From Bacilli bacterium (GTDB lineage: Bacteria; Bacillota_I; Bacilli_A; RF39; UBA660): a DNA stretch of 64,000 nt. Each line of letters begins with the position of its first letter. Position 1 is the stretch's first letter. The notes under the pieces are model-generated. The model searched no databases, had not been told where the DNA came from, and saw only the letters and a program-made list of their open reading frames with translations. The position numbers and the translations under genes are program-made. Of this stretch, positions 45,498 to 55,233 are shown piece after piece. The stretch covers positions 996 to 64,995 of the forward strand of contig JAFWYR010000023.1 in NCBI GenBank assembly GCA_017522615.1, given 5' to 3'.

Positions 45498-46124
45498 ATG
45501 ACTGGGAAAATAATAGATATTTTAAAAAATGGGACAATACCAATACCAAAACTTCTAATAACTAATTATAAAAAATTAAAAATAACTGAAAAAGAGCTTT
45601 TATTAATTATCTATTTAATCGGTAATAATGAATTTGATCCAGAGAGGATTTCAGATGATTTAAATATGACTATTCCAGAAACGTTAAATATGATAGATAG
45701 ACTAACAAAAAAAGACTTACTAAGAATTGAAATGGTAAGAGGGGATATCGTTTCTGAACACATTAATCTCGATGAGCTATATAATAAATTAGCCCTTTAT
45801 ATAATAAGTGATAATAAACCTAAAGAGACTACAATATACGATAAAATAGAAAGTGAATTTGGTAGAACATTAAGTACTATTGAGGTACAGATAATAGGCG
45901 CTTGGTTGGATCAAAATTTTACAGAAGAAATAATAGAGGAAGCATTAAAAGAAGCAATGTTTAATAACGTAAAAAATTTAAAATACATAGATCGAATATT
46001 ATCCAACTGGAAAAGCGAGGGAATAAAGACAAAAGAGGATATAAAGAAAAAACAAGAAAAACACAAAAATAGAAAACCAAAGAAAGAAGTATTTGAATAT
46101 GACTGGCTCAACGAACAGGATTGA
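45498..46124 (+). CDS. dnaD: DNA replication initiation protein DnaD
   Basis: A winged-helix N-terminal region is followed by the C-terminal DnaD/DnaB_2 domain IEVQIIGAWLDQNFTEEIIEEALKEAMFNNVKNLKYIDRILSNWKSEGI. nth follows, as in Bacillus. Confidence 0.75.
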   Translation: MTGKIIDILKNGTIPIPKLLITNYKKLKITEKELLLIIYLIGNNEFDPERISDDLNMTIPETLNMIDRLTKKDLLRIEMVRGDIVSEHINLDELYNKLALYIISDNKPKETTIYDKIESEFGRTLSTIEVQIIGAWLDQNFTEEIIEEALKEAMFNNVKNLKYIDRILSNWKSEGIKTKEDIKKKQEKHKNRKPKKEVFEYDWLNEQD

Positions 46125-46719
46125 AAAATATCTCGATGAACTATTTCCAAATCCCAAATGTGAATTAAACTATACTAAAGATTATGAGTTACTTCTTGCA
46201 ACTATGTTAAGTGCTCAGACTACCGATAAAAGAGTAAATATGGTTACTAAAATATTATTTAAAAAATACACATCATTAAAAGAGCTTAGCAAAGCCGATA
46301 TAAATGAAGTAATGGAAATAATAAAACCCATAGGAACTTTCAGAAAAAAAGCTTATAATCTAATAGAAATTGCTAGAAAACTAGAAGAAGACTATGACGG
46401 TAACCTTCCAAATAATAGACAATACTTAGAAACATTACCCGGCGTCGGAAGAAAAACGGCAAATGTAGTTCTTAGTAATATTTATAATGTACCATGCATA
46501 GCAGTCGATACACATGTATCAAGAGTTAGTAAAAGATTAAAACTAGCTAAAAAAAATGATAATCCTTTGCAAATAGAAACGAAACTATCAAAAAAATTCA
46601 AAAAAGAAGATTTATGTAAGAGACATCATCAAATGGTTCTATTTGGAAGATACTACTGCACAGCCAGAAATCCCAAATGTGAAACATGTAAAATAAAAGA
46701 TATTTGCGGACATAAATAG
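46093..46719 (+). CDS. nth: Endonuclease III
   Basis: The HhH-GPD motif LPGVGRKTANVV, catalytic VDTHV and the Fe-S cluster loop CTARNPKCETCKIKDIC. Confidence 0.9.
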   Translation: MNMTGSTNRIEKYLDELFPNPKCELNYTKDYELLLATMLSAQTTDKRVNMVTKILFKKYTSLKELSKADINEVMEIIKPIGTFRKKAYNLIEIARKLEEDYDGNLPNNRQYLETLPGVGRKTANVVLSNIYNVPCIAVDTHVSRVSKRLKLAKKNDNPLQIETKLSKKFKKEDLCKRHHQMVLFGRYYCTARNPKCETCKIKDICGHK

Positions 46720-46748
46720 TCCGTTTTTAATTATACAAAAAAAAGGAA

Positions 46749-49700
46749 TTAAGGTTCCTTTTCTTCTGTAGTAGTTACAGTAACTTCAAGCTTTCCAATT
46801 GAAGTACCCGAATATTTACAATCATAAGTCACTAAATAAGTTCCAGGAGTATTTGATACTTCATTTATATCTACTTCTTTCTTAGTTGTTTTATCGGTAT
46901 AAGTAGGTTTACCAAAATCAATTTCACTAGTTATATCTTCACCATTAGCTGTTGCTTTGACATGATCAGCAGGATTATATTTAAAGTTTGAACCTGCAAT
47001 CCAACTAGTTGAAATACTTGTTTGCGAAAGTTTAACATCGCTTGGACTAATACCTTTGTAATCTACAGCTATTTCAGTACCAGAGCTTTCTGCCCCTTTA
47101 AATACCGTATAAGTAGATTTGACTACAACTTTTGGATTACTAGCATTGGATAATTTAATTGTCGCACTAGTATCACCAGTTGATGTAACTAATCTCATGT
47201 TTCCATTTTCTTTTAAATAAACATCGTAAGTAACACTACCTAAAACTCCATTATTATATCCCATAACATGTGACAAGAATGAAGATCTATCTTTATCTAA
47301 AGCAAATGCTTTATCGACAAAACCTTGCCAGTAGCTTGGATTTAATCCTTCTGGAGTACCGATACCTTTCCAAGAAAGAGATAACATATTACCTTTAACG
47401 GTACCCCTTAAATCTGTTACATTACCCAAAGTATTAAATCTTGCAGAAGATTCAGTAGGCTTACTATCAGATTTAAATAATTCAGTAGTTATTTCTGAAG
47501 CAGGAGTATTAGCTCCAGGAAGTAGAGGAGTACCAGTATTTTTTTCAACCCCAACTTCAACTAATCCTTCAGGTTTAGCAAACGTTGAATCAGATTTAAA
47601 GAAATTCTTAGCCACAGCTTGGAATAATCTCGAATTCTGGCTTGAACCAAATTTATTATAAAGTCCACTAGAATTATCTTCATATCCATACCAAACAGCT
47701 ATAGTATAATCTGGACTAATACCAGCAACCCATAAATCGTTAACTGCATAATCAGGGAATCCTCTAGCTGCGAGTGTCTTTTTATCAAAGTTTGTCGTTC
47801 CTGTTTTAGCTCCAAACTGAGCTCCATTAATATTACTATAATTACCTAAAGCATTTTTACCAGTATCAACAAGCATATCTGTAACCATATATGCTGTTTC
47901 AGGACTCATCACTTTTTTCTTTTCAGTATTACTTTCATAAGTTTTATCATCTTTATCAAATTCAATTTTAGTAAAACTATAAGGTTTAACATAATATCCA
48001 CCATTCGCAAACGTTTCATAAGCTCCAGCAACAGTCATAGGAGATTCTCCAGTATAACCACCTATAGAGTGAGCTTGATGGATAAATCCAGTACTATCTA
48101 CCTCTGGTGATAAACCAATACTTTGTACAAAATCTTTAATTTGTGAATTTTTCAAACTTTGGAATGTTTTCAAAGCAGGTATATTTCTAGATTCAATCAA
48201 AGCTTGTCTAATAGTCATAAGACCTTTATATCCACCATCCCAGTTGTTAATTTCAGTACCATCACTATACGTATGTGGTTCATCGATAATCATATGAGAT
48301 GGATTCCAATTGTTATATTCAATAGCAGGACCATAATCGTACATTGGTTTAGCAGTAGAACCAATTTGTCTTTTTATCTGTGTAGCATTATTTCTACTTC
48401 TCGCACCAGATTTGTTTCTTCCAGCTCCGACAGCAACGATTGCTCCAGTTTTAGTATCAAGAGCAATAATACCAGCTTGAACTGAATCATTTTCCCAATC
48501 AAATGATTCGCCCTTCATAATAGCTGAAACTTTATCTTGTTTTTCTCTATCCATAGTAGTATATACTTTCATCGAATAAGAATATGGATTAAATCCAGTT
48601 TGATCTTCGACATCTTCAGCAACAGTATCAATAAACCCTTGATATTCTGAGCCAGTTGAACTAGCACTTCTTCCTTTAATAACAATCTTATCGACAGTTA
48701 ATTCTTTAGCTATATTATATTCGGCATTATTAATATATCCATGACGTTTCATAAGAGATAAAACTAATTTTCTTCTAGCTTCTGTCTTTTCAGGATGAAT
48801 GTTAGGATCAAATGTAACTGGTGATTGGAACATACCAGCTATCATTGCTGCTTCAGAAACATTCAAATCTTTCGCATTTTTATCAAAATATGTTTGAGCA
48901 GCTTGTTCAACACCATAAGCCCCACTACCTAAATAATATGAATTAGCATAAAATTCAATTATTTGTTCTTTAGAATACTTCTTTTCAATTTGAAACATTG
49001 AAATATATATATCAGTAAATTTACGTTTAATACCTTCAATACCAGATGAAGTAGTTGAAGTAAATTGGTTTTTAGAAACCTGCATGGTTAAGGTTGAAGC
49101 TCCACCAGCATTCTGTCCCATAGCTTGACCGAAAGAAGCTTTAAGGAATCTTGGTAAATCGAAACCATTATGTTCAAAAAATCTAGAATCCTCCGTTGCC
49201 ACAATAGCATTTATCATCTCTTCACTCATCTGATCATAACTAATTTTTTGTCTCATTTCAGAACCTAGTTTCGCAAATACTTGTCCATTACTATCGAGTA
49301 GGGTACTAGCTTCTTTAGAATAAAGTTTATTAGGATCAAATTTTCCAGCAGTTGCCGCTATATAAAGTACAAAAGAAACAACTCCAACTACTCCAATAAT
49401 GAAAAATAACATCAATACTATTAATACTTTCTTCCATATCTTCATTTTCTTTTTACCATTTTTCTTAAGTTTCACAGCTTTAGTTCTTCTTTTATTTGGC
49501 ATATCATCACTACTTTCTTCTGGAAAATCGTTTTTAACTCTTCTAACTCTACTTCCAGATCGACTTTCTCTAATTCTTCTTCTATCATTAATCTTTTTTC
49601 TCCATTTCAAATATGGTATAGTCCACACTAGATTAACGAGTACAAACAATAAAAGGGAAACAAAAACATTAAATAAAATCAAAGAAATTACAAAAATAAC

Positions 49701-49778
49701 AATTGATAAAATAAAAATGATAAGATTAAATTTTTCTTTTCCCATAAAAGCTTTAATATTCTCAAATTCTTGTTTCAT
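46749..49778 (-). CDS. ponA: Class A penicillin-binding protein PBP1A (glycosyltransferase + transpeptidase) with N- and C-terminal extensions
   Basis: GT51 motifs (ATEDSRFFEHNGFD, GASTLTMQ) and transpeptidase motifs (STAKP, KTGTT). The start ATG overlaps the recU stop (ATGA). Confidence 0.9.
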   Translation of the reverse strand: MKQEFENIKAFMGKEKFNLIIFILSIVIFVISLILFNVFVSLLLFVLVNLVWTIPYLKWRKKINDRRRIRESRSGSRVRRVKNDFPEESSDDMPNKRRTKAVKLKKNGKKKMKIWKKVLIVLMLFFIIGVVGVVSFVLYIAATAGKFDPNKLYSKEASTLLDSNGQVFAKLGSEMRQKISYDQMSEEMINAIVATEDSRFFEHNGFDLPRFLKASFGQAMGQNAGGASTLTMQVSKNQFTSTTSSGIEGIKRKFTDIYISMFQIEKKYSKEQIIEFYANSYYLGSGAYGVEQAAQTYFDKNAKDLNVSEAAMIAGMFQSPVTFDPNIHPEKTEARRKLVLSLMKRHGYINNAEYNIAKELTVDKIVIKGRSASSTGSEYQGFIDTVAEDVEDQTGFNPYSYSMKVYTTMDREKQDKVSAIMKGESFDWENDSVQAGIIALDTKTGAIVAVGAGRNKSGARSRNNATQIKRQIGSTAKPMYDYGPAIEYNNWNPSHMIIDEPHTYSDGTEINNWDGGYKGLMTIRQALIESRNIPALKTFQSLKNSQIKDFVQSIGLSPEVDSTGFIHQAHSIGGYTGESPMTVAGAYETFANGGYYVKPYSFTKIEFDKDDKTYESNTEKKKVMSPETAYMVTDMLVDTGKNALGNYSNINGAQFGAKTGTTNFDKKTLAARGFPDYAVNDLWVAGISPDYTIAVWYGYEDNSSGLYNKFGSSQNSRLFQAVAKNFFKSDSTFAKPEGLVEVGVEKNTGTPLLPGANTPASEITTELFKSDSKPTESSARFNTLGNVTDLRGTVKGNMLSLSWKGIGTPEGLNPSYWQGFVDKAFALDKDRSSFLSHVMGYNNGVLGSVTYDVYLKENGNMRLVTSTGDTSATIKLSNASNPKVVVKSTYTVFKGAESSGTEIAVDYKGISPSDVKLSQTSISTSWIAGSNFKYNPADHVKATANGEDITSEIDFGKPTYTDKTTKKEVDINEVSNTPGTYLVTYDCKYSGTSIGKLEVTVTTTEEKEP

Positions 49779-50341
49779 TTACTACCTCCAAAATATAATG
49801 TGTTTAAGACAGAAATATAATCGACTCTAGGATTATACTTATCTTTAATTATATATCCACTTTCTTCAAAATATGAAAGGGGAATTGATTTACGACTTGT
49901 ATTATCTAAAAAATCACTTAAAGCCTCATAAGTTAATAAAAAGGTTTTATTTAAAACAGTAAAGCGAACTATTAAAAAACCTATTCCACCGTGACTATAA
50001 ATACGTTTTAAATGTTCAATCTGATGTTTATGTATATTACTTAAAGGAAACGAAGTTTTACTCTTAGTTTCTTTAGCTTCAAAATCTATATACTTTCCCT
50101 TATATACACCATTATAATCAGTAGTTGACGGAGTTCTAAAATAACCTTCCTTAATTACAGCTTCAACCCTAGATGGATAATTAACTTTTGAAATTGTAAT
50201 TGGTGTAGGTTTTTTATAAATAACCGCAATATCATTAACTAAATAATATTCATTAGTTGCCCCTAAATCAGCTTCTAAAGTCATTCCACGATTGGCATAA
50301 CTACTTAAGCCTTTAGCCCCAAATGTTTTTATCATACGCAA
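49775..50341 (-). CDS. recU: Holliday junction resolvase RecU
   Basis: SYANRGMTLEADLGATNEYYLVNDIAVIYKKPTPI parallels B. subtilis RecU ([33 protein letters not shown]). DFEAKET is the catalytic motif. Confidence 0.9.
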   Translation of the reverse strand: MRMIKTFGAKGLSSYANRGMTLEADLGATNEYYLVNDIAVIYKKPTPITISKVNYPSRVEAVIKEGYFRTPSTTDYNGVYKGKYIDFEAKETKSKTSFPLSNIHKHQIEHLKRIYSHGGIGFLIVRFTVLNKTFLLTYEALSDFLDNTSRKSIPLSYFEESGYIIKDKYNPRVDYISVLNTLYFGGSK

Positions 50342-50496
50342 GCACCACTATAATTATACTACTATTTTATAATTTTTTCCACTCTAAAATTAAGCTTATA
50401 AAAAACTTCTATTTTTACAATAATTTACATATAAAAATGCAAAAAAATAGTATTAATTATAAAAAAGTGCTATTATAAACTCGGAGGATAATACTT

Positions 50497-53400
50497 ATGA
50501 GCGAAAATACAAAAAAAGAGTTAGATGAAGTTTTATCTCATTTTAATATGACTAACATAGAACAGCTAAGAGATAATCTAGAAGCCATTATTTGGATTAT
50601 AGAAAATGAAAAGTTAAGAGCTATGTCATATTTAAGTGACAATAATTTAGTAGATAATATTACACTTCCAAAAGAAATTGAAGCTCACATTGATGAAACC
50701 TTTGAAAGAATTTTTAATAATCCAGAAAAGCTTACAGAATATATTAACTCAGGTGATTTAGATATTATTAATATGTTTTATTCTAATGCCTGGACAGATG
50801 ACAACGTCGATGCATTTATAAACCTAAAAAAAACAAAAGATATAAGTGTTCCATCGGCATTATATAGTAAAGTAAGATATTTTAACTACTGTATTACACA
50901 TCAAAAAATTGATGAACTTCATAAATTCAGTGACTCTTCACTTTGGACTGATGAAAATATAGACATATATATTGAAATTATAAGCCATAATAATGTAAAA
51001 GAAATACCGTATGCGGTTAGAAATAACGAATACATGTTAAAAAAAATAATAGAAAGAAAAATGTACGAATGTCTTGAACTATTCTTTGGTGAAGTTTGGA
51101 GTGACAACAATATAAGAATATTGTGTGAAAACATTGACTCATATATAGACTATTTAATTTCAAGTAAAAATGGCTTTATATATTTTTTAAGGGGAAATAG
51201 TGATTTTCTAAAAAGATTATTAGAAAGAAACATTTATCATTTTTTAAATGATTTTTATTCGCGATGTTGGACCGATGAAAACAAAAAAATACTTATGAAT
51301 AATATCGATTCATATCTAGATTATTTAGCAAATAACAATGATATAATTCCTAATGAAATAGAATATTTATTAAAAGAAGATGCTTATGTATTAGAAATGG
51401 TCTTAAATAAAAAAATATATAGATTGTTAAGGCTTTTTGATAATAGTGAAATATGGAATGAAGAAATGACTGACATGCTAAAAAATCAAATGCTAGATTA
51501 TATTTTATATTTAAAAGAATCAAATATTTCATCTGAAAATAACATTTTTTTCTCAAATCGTGCATACATTCCATATCCTCTTCGCTATAGTAGTGAATTT
51601 CTTCAAGAAGTCTTAGAAAATGAGCTGTTTGAATATCTAACTATCTTCTATCCAGAAGCATGGAACACTGAAATACCAAAAGAAAAACTTGATTCATATG
51701 TAGATTTTTTAGGAAAATCAGACAAAAAAATAATAATACCATATGAATTATATTCAAATAAATATCTATTGAAAAAGATTTTAGAGAAAGGTCTGCATCA
51801 ATACATGCATGACTTTTATTCAACAGCTTGGACGAGTGACAACATAAGCACGTTAGCTCATAGTATAATTTCAAAAAAGCACTTTGATGAATTAATTACC
51901 AAAGATTTTGTGGGAAAAAATAATAATATGTTATTTGAAAACAGTCTATTTAGGCAAATAAGTTTTAAATATCACCCAGAGTATATTCTTCTATACAAAG
52001 GTGAAAGTAATGAGGTAATAGAAGATTTTATCAAACATATAGACTATAACATAGATGTTTTTGATAAATACATAACCCAAAATAAAGTGGAGGAAAGTCA
52101 AAAACTATTCAATTCTCAATCTTTTTGTAAATTTATCTTTTCGTATCATCCTGAATACATAAGACTATATCATGGCCACGAAGATATAACTTTTGAAAAA
52201 TTTTTAAACTGCATAAAATATAACTTAAAAATATTTGATAAATATTTTACTGAAGAAACTATATCTAGTAATCCAATGTATTTTAATTCAAAAGTCTTTC
52301 TTGAATTTGCCTTAAAACATCATCCAGAATATATAAAATATTGTACCAACAACAATGATATTGCATTGAAAGTCCTTCAAAATAATATAGAAGAAGGAAG
52401 CTACCAGTTTGAGGATGTTTTTGATTATGAAGAAATGCACGATTCATGGTTATCGAACTCTTGGTTTTTAAGTAATCTAGTAGATAAAGGTTTAATTGCT
52501 CCATCGATTTGTGAAAATAGAGAAATTTTGGATATTATTGAAAAGATTAGTCCTTCAGACGCTAGTGTATATAAATTGCTTCACCCAGATATATATAATC
52601 CACTATTTGATAAAATACCATTTACTTTTGACCAAATAATTAGATATGGAATGCTAGATGAAAATTTTCAAAGCATATTAGAAATAACAAAATCAAATAA
52701 GTTAGATAATGCATTAATAGTCTTCAACTACTTAAAACAAAATTATCCAGAAGAAAACGATGCATTTGGAATACCACTACTTCTAAAAACATCAAAAAAA
52801 TGTTTAAATAACGACTTTCAAAAATTACTATTAGAAATAACAAAAAGTAAAAAAACATTATCCAAAGAAGAAAACGAAAACCTATTATTCTTATTAAATA
52901 ATGATGTTGAAATAGAAAATTTAAATGTTGATAACTTAAAAGAAATAAAAAATATCGCTCACATACAAATAGAGGCAAGCATCGAAAGTATAATTGAAAG
53001 TGAACTTTCAGAACAAGAAAAGTCAAAATTATTAAGAGACAAATTATGCGAAGTATTAACTGGAAAAAATTATTCTGAATTTACGAATATGTTATCCCAT
53101 ACTGGAGACTATATAATGCTTGAAAGTCTATACAAAAGTACTCATTCATTAGAATTAGAACAAAAAATAATAGCGGCCATGACTAACTTAAGATTTATAT
53201 ATGATACTGTAATGAGAACATCGAGATATGATATGTTACTTAAAATATCTAAAATACTAATTGAAGATAACTTTGAAGATACTTTAGTTATTAAAAACTA
53301 TATGTCTAATTATGAAAAACATATTAGAACTATTCTTGAACTAGAAGCAAATGAAAAATTAACAAGTATTGAAGACGTCAAACAAGGAAAAATAAAAGGT

Positions 53401-54864
53401 TCTAAAATAAATGAAGACGGAACTATTGATTTAAGCCATAGTGAATATACCTTTTACGGACATGTTTTAATGCCTGGTCAAACTGTCAAAGACGTAATTG
53501 AAATAATAAAAACAGGCACTTCCCAAATATGTTTATCACCAATAAGTGATTTAGGCAAAAAGTTTTATCGAAATGACATAACTGTCTTATATACAAGAGT
53601 TCCTCAAAGTTCATATATTGGAAGTTCCAATGTAAACATGGGAAGTAATGGTTCAATTCCTTATGGCTCAGCTTCGGACAAAAATATAAGAGAACGTTTT
53701 TATCAACTAGGAATTAGAGATACTACTAACGCCTTACTCGAAGGACACGCCGAAACATTGTGCTGGAGAGATGGACTAATTCCAACGGCAATTATGCACA
53801 GGGATAATGGTAATCTAGGAGAAGAAAAAGCCTTCGCCAAAGAATTAGAAGCTGCACTTAACGAAGGAAAGCCAGAATCTGAATGGATAACTATACCAGT
53901 TATAATATCTCAAAAAGAAGGAACAAAAGGTTCTGTCCAAGAAGAAGATAGATATTATGAAATCGACAGTGATAAAACAAAAGGTATAGAAACTCCGTTT
54001 GATTACTTTAGTCAAATAGAGCCAGATGACGTATATGATATAATTGAAAAATCGCATATCTACTTAGGAGGAACTCATGAATTCTATACGTGCCGATTAA
54101 GAGGCAGAGAAGGATTTTACTTTTTAAAACCAACATTAACAATGGGTGGAAATTTAGGAGAACCTGGTAGACCATATATATCACATGCTGCAAGTAAACT
54201 ACAGGAAATAATAAATCCAGGCAATTCCCTAGATGTTAGAATAACTGAAGCTCCTGTAGGAATAAACGGTGAAATGATAAGATGTACAGCCTCTGAATAT
54301 TTAGAAGGAGGAACTGATTACAGCAGCTGGCAAAGTGAAGAAAACCCTAGAGAACTATCTCAAGAAGAAGTTTCAGCTTTTATGCACGAATTTATTGTTG
54401 ACCATTTAATGTATAGTTATGATACTAAAGGTGATAACTTTGTATCGTCAAATGGTAGAGTCTGCGGAATTGATAAAGAGCAAGCTTTAAAATTTGTCAT
54501 AGATGATGTTAGAAGAGGAGATATTACAAGTGGTTTTAATGAACATGAACATGACTATTCAAACAATAAACCACCAATATATATCAAAATATTTGAAATG
54601 TATGCAGATGGAAGACAATCTATTTCTGATGAAATATTTGAAGACTGCTATCAAAAATGTGAAATAATAGAGTCAATGAGTGATGAAGAGTATCTAGAGA
54701 TTTTTAGAGGATTTTTTGAAAATAGTATAGTATGTGAACAACCTGAAAATAAGAAGATTATAGAGGAAGCTTTATTACTTAGAAAGCGCACTTTAACGAA
54801 AGATTTTGAATCATTCATAGAAAGAAAAAAAGAAGAGGTGAAATCAAATGGAAAAACAAGATAA
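50497..54864 (+). CDS. Large (1455 aa) hypothetical cytoplasmic protein: N-terminal helical repeat arrays plus C-terminal protein-kinase-like region
   Basis: Uninterrupted ORF with the RBS CGGAGGA. It has seven (F/L)(F/Y)xxxxW(T/S)D(D/E)N-type repeats (Trp at aa 99, 150, 201, 258, 320, 389, 445) and three YHPEYI repeats (aa 493, 551, 609). Kinase-like motifs lie at 54064-54474. No signal peptide or TM segment. Confidence 0.7.
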   Translation: MSENTKKELDEVLSHFNMTNIEQLRDNLEAIIWIIENEKLRAMSYLSDNNLVDNITLPKEIEAHIDETFERIFNNPEKLTEYINSGDLDIINMFYSNAWTDDNVDAFINLKKTKDISVPSALYSKVRYFNYCITHQKIDELHKFSDSSLWTDENIDIYIEIISHNNVKEIPYAVRNNEYMLKKIIERKMYECLELFFGEVWSDNNIRILCENIDSYIDYLISSKNGFIYFLRGNSDFLKRLLERNIYHFLNDFYSRCWTDENKKILMNNIDSYLDYLANNNDIIPNEIEYLLKEDAYVLEMVLNKKIYRLLRLFDNSEIWNEEMTDMLKNQMLDYILYLKESNISSENNIFFSNRAYIPYPLRYSSEFLQEVLENELFEYLTIFYPEAWNTEIPKEKLDSYVDFLGKSDKKIIIPYELYSNKYLLKKILEKGLHQYMHDFYSTAWTSDNISTLAHSIISKKHFDELITKDFVGKNNNMLFENSLFRQISFKYHPEYILLYKGESNEVIEDFIKHIDYNIDVFDKYITQNKVEESQKLFNSQSFCKFIFSYHPEYIRLYHGHEDITFEKFLNCIKYNLKIFDKYFTEETISSNPMYFNSKVFLEFALKHHPEYIKYCTNNNDIALKVLQNNIEEGSYQFEDVFDYEEMHDSWLSNSWFLSNLVDKGLIAPSICENREILDIIEKISPSDASVYKLLHPDIYNPLFDKIPFTFDQIIRYGMLDENFQSILEITKSNKLDNALIVFNYLKQNYPEENDAFGIPLLLKTSKKCLNNDFQKLLLEITKSKKTLSKEENENLLFLLNNDVEIENLNVDNLKEIKNIAHIQIEASIESIIESELSEQEKSKLLRDKLCEVLTGKNYSEFTNMLSHTGDYIMLESLYKSTHSLELEQKIIAAMTNLRFIYDTVMRTSRYDMLLKISKILIEDNFEDTLVIKNYMSNYEKHIRTILELEANEKLTSIEDVKQGKIKGSKINEDGTIDLSHSEYTFYGHVLMPGQTVKDVIEIIKTGTSQICLSPISDLGKKFYRNDITVLYTRVPQSSYIGSSNVNMGSNGSIPYGSASDKNIRERFYQLGIRDTTNALLEGHAETLCWRDGLIPTAIMHRDNGNLGEEKAFAKELEAALNEGKPESEWITIPVIISQKEGTKGSVQEEDRYYEIDSDKTKGIETPFDYFSQIEPDDVYDIIEKSHIYLGGTHEFYTCRLRGREGFYFLKPTLTMGGNLGEPGRPYISHAASKLQEIINPGNSLDVRITEAPVGINGEMIRCTASEYLEGGTDYSSWQSEENPRELSQEEVSAFMHEFIVDHLMYSYDTKGDNFVSSNGRVCGIDKEQALKFVIDDVRRGDITSGFNEHEHDYSNNKPPIYIKIFEMYADGRQSISDEIFEDCYQKCEIIESMSDEEYLEIFRGFFENSIVCEQPENKKIIEEALLLRKRTLTKDFESFIERKKEEVKSNGKTR

Positions 54865-55012
54865 ACAAAAAGAAGAAGAATTAAAATCGTTAAAAGCGAT
54901 AACTAAAATAGTATCTCAAAACCCAGAACTATTTTCCGATATGAATAACATTATCCGAGAAAGTCATAAAAAATACATATTTAAAGAAAAAACTAAAAAG
55001 GCAAAAAAATAA
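54848..55012 (+). CDS. Possible 54-codon ORF translationally coupled to the large protein
   Basis: ATG 54848 lies 7 nt after AAGAGGTGA and overlaps the last 17 nt of the upstream CDS. It encodes MEKQDKQKEEELKSLKAITKIVSQNPELFSDMNNIIRESHKKYIFKEKTKKAKK. A weak hairpin and T-run follow. Confidence 0.4.
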   Translation: MEKQDKQKEEELKSLKAITKIVSQNPELFSDMNNIIRESHKKYIFKEKTKKAKK

Positions 55013-55233
55013 ATTTGCTTTTTTTTCTAAAAAAATATAGCTAACTTTGTCGAAAGTAATGAAAAGATAAATAATAACTGATATCATAAATTTGAAAGAA
55101 GGGAAGCTATGAAAATTGAAAAAATAAATAATATCTATAATTATATGATTGAAGAAATAGATTATTTAAAACGATTAACTTATGTTATAGAAATAAAACA
55201 TTAAACATTTACTTTACACCGAAAAATAAAAAC

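Noticed and set aside
46749-47500. C-terminal ~250 aa of PBP1A (Thr/Ser/Gly-rich beta-type sequence), considered as a separate adhesin gene.
   Set aside because: The reading frame is continuous with the transpeptidase domain, with no internal start or RBS. C-terminal beta-sandwich extensions are common in Firmicute class A PBPs.
55109-55204. 31-codon ORF (MKIEKINNIYNYMIEEIDYLKRLTYVIEIKH) with GAAGGGAAG upstream, between the giant gene and the 423-aa gene.
   Set aside because: It is too short and compositionally ordinary to support without conservation or expression data. It may simply be part of the 5' leader or promoter region of the 423-aa gene.
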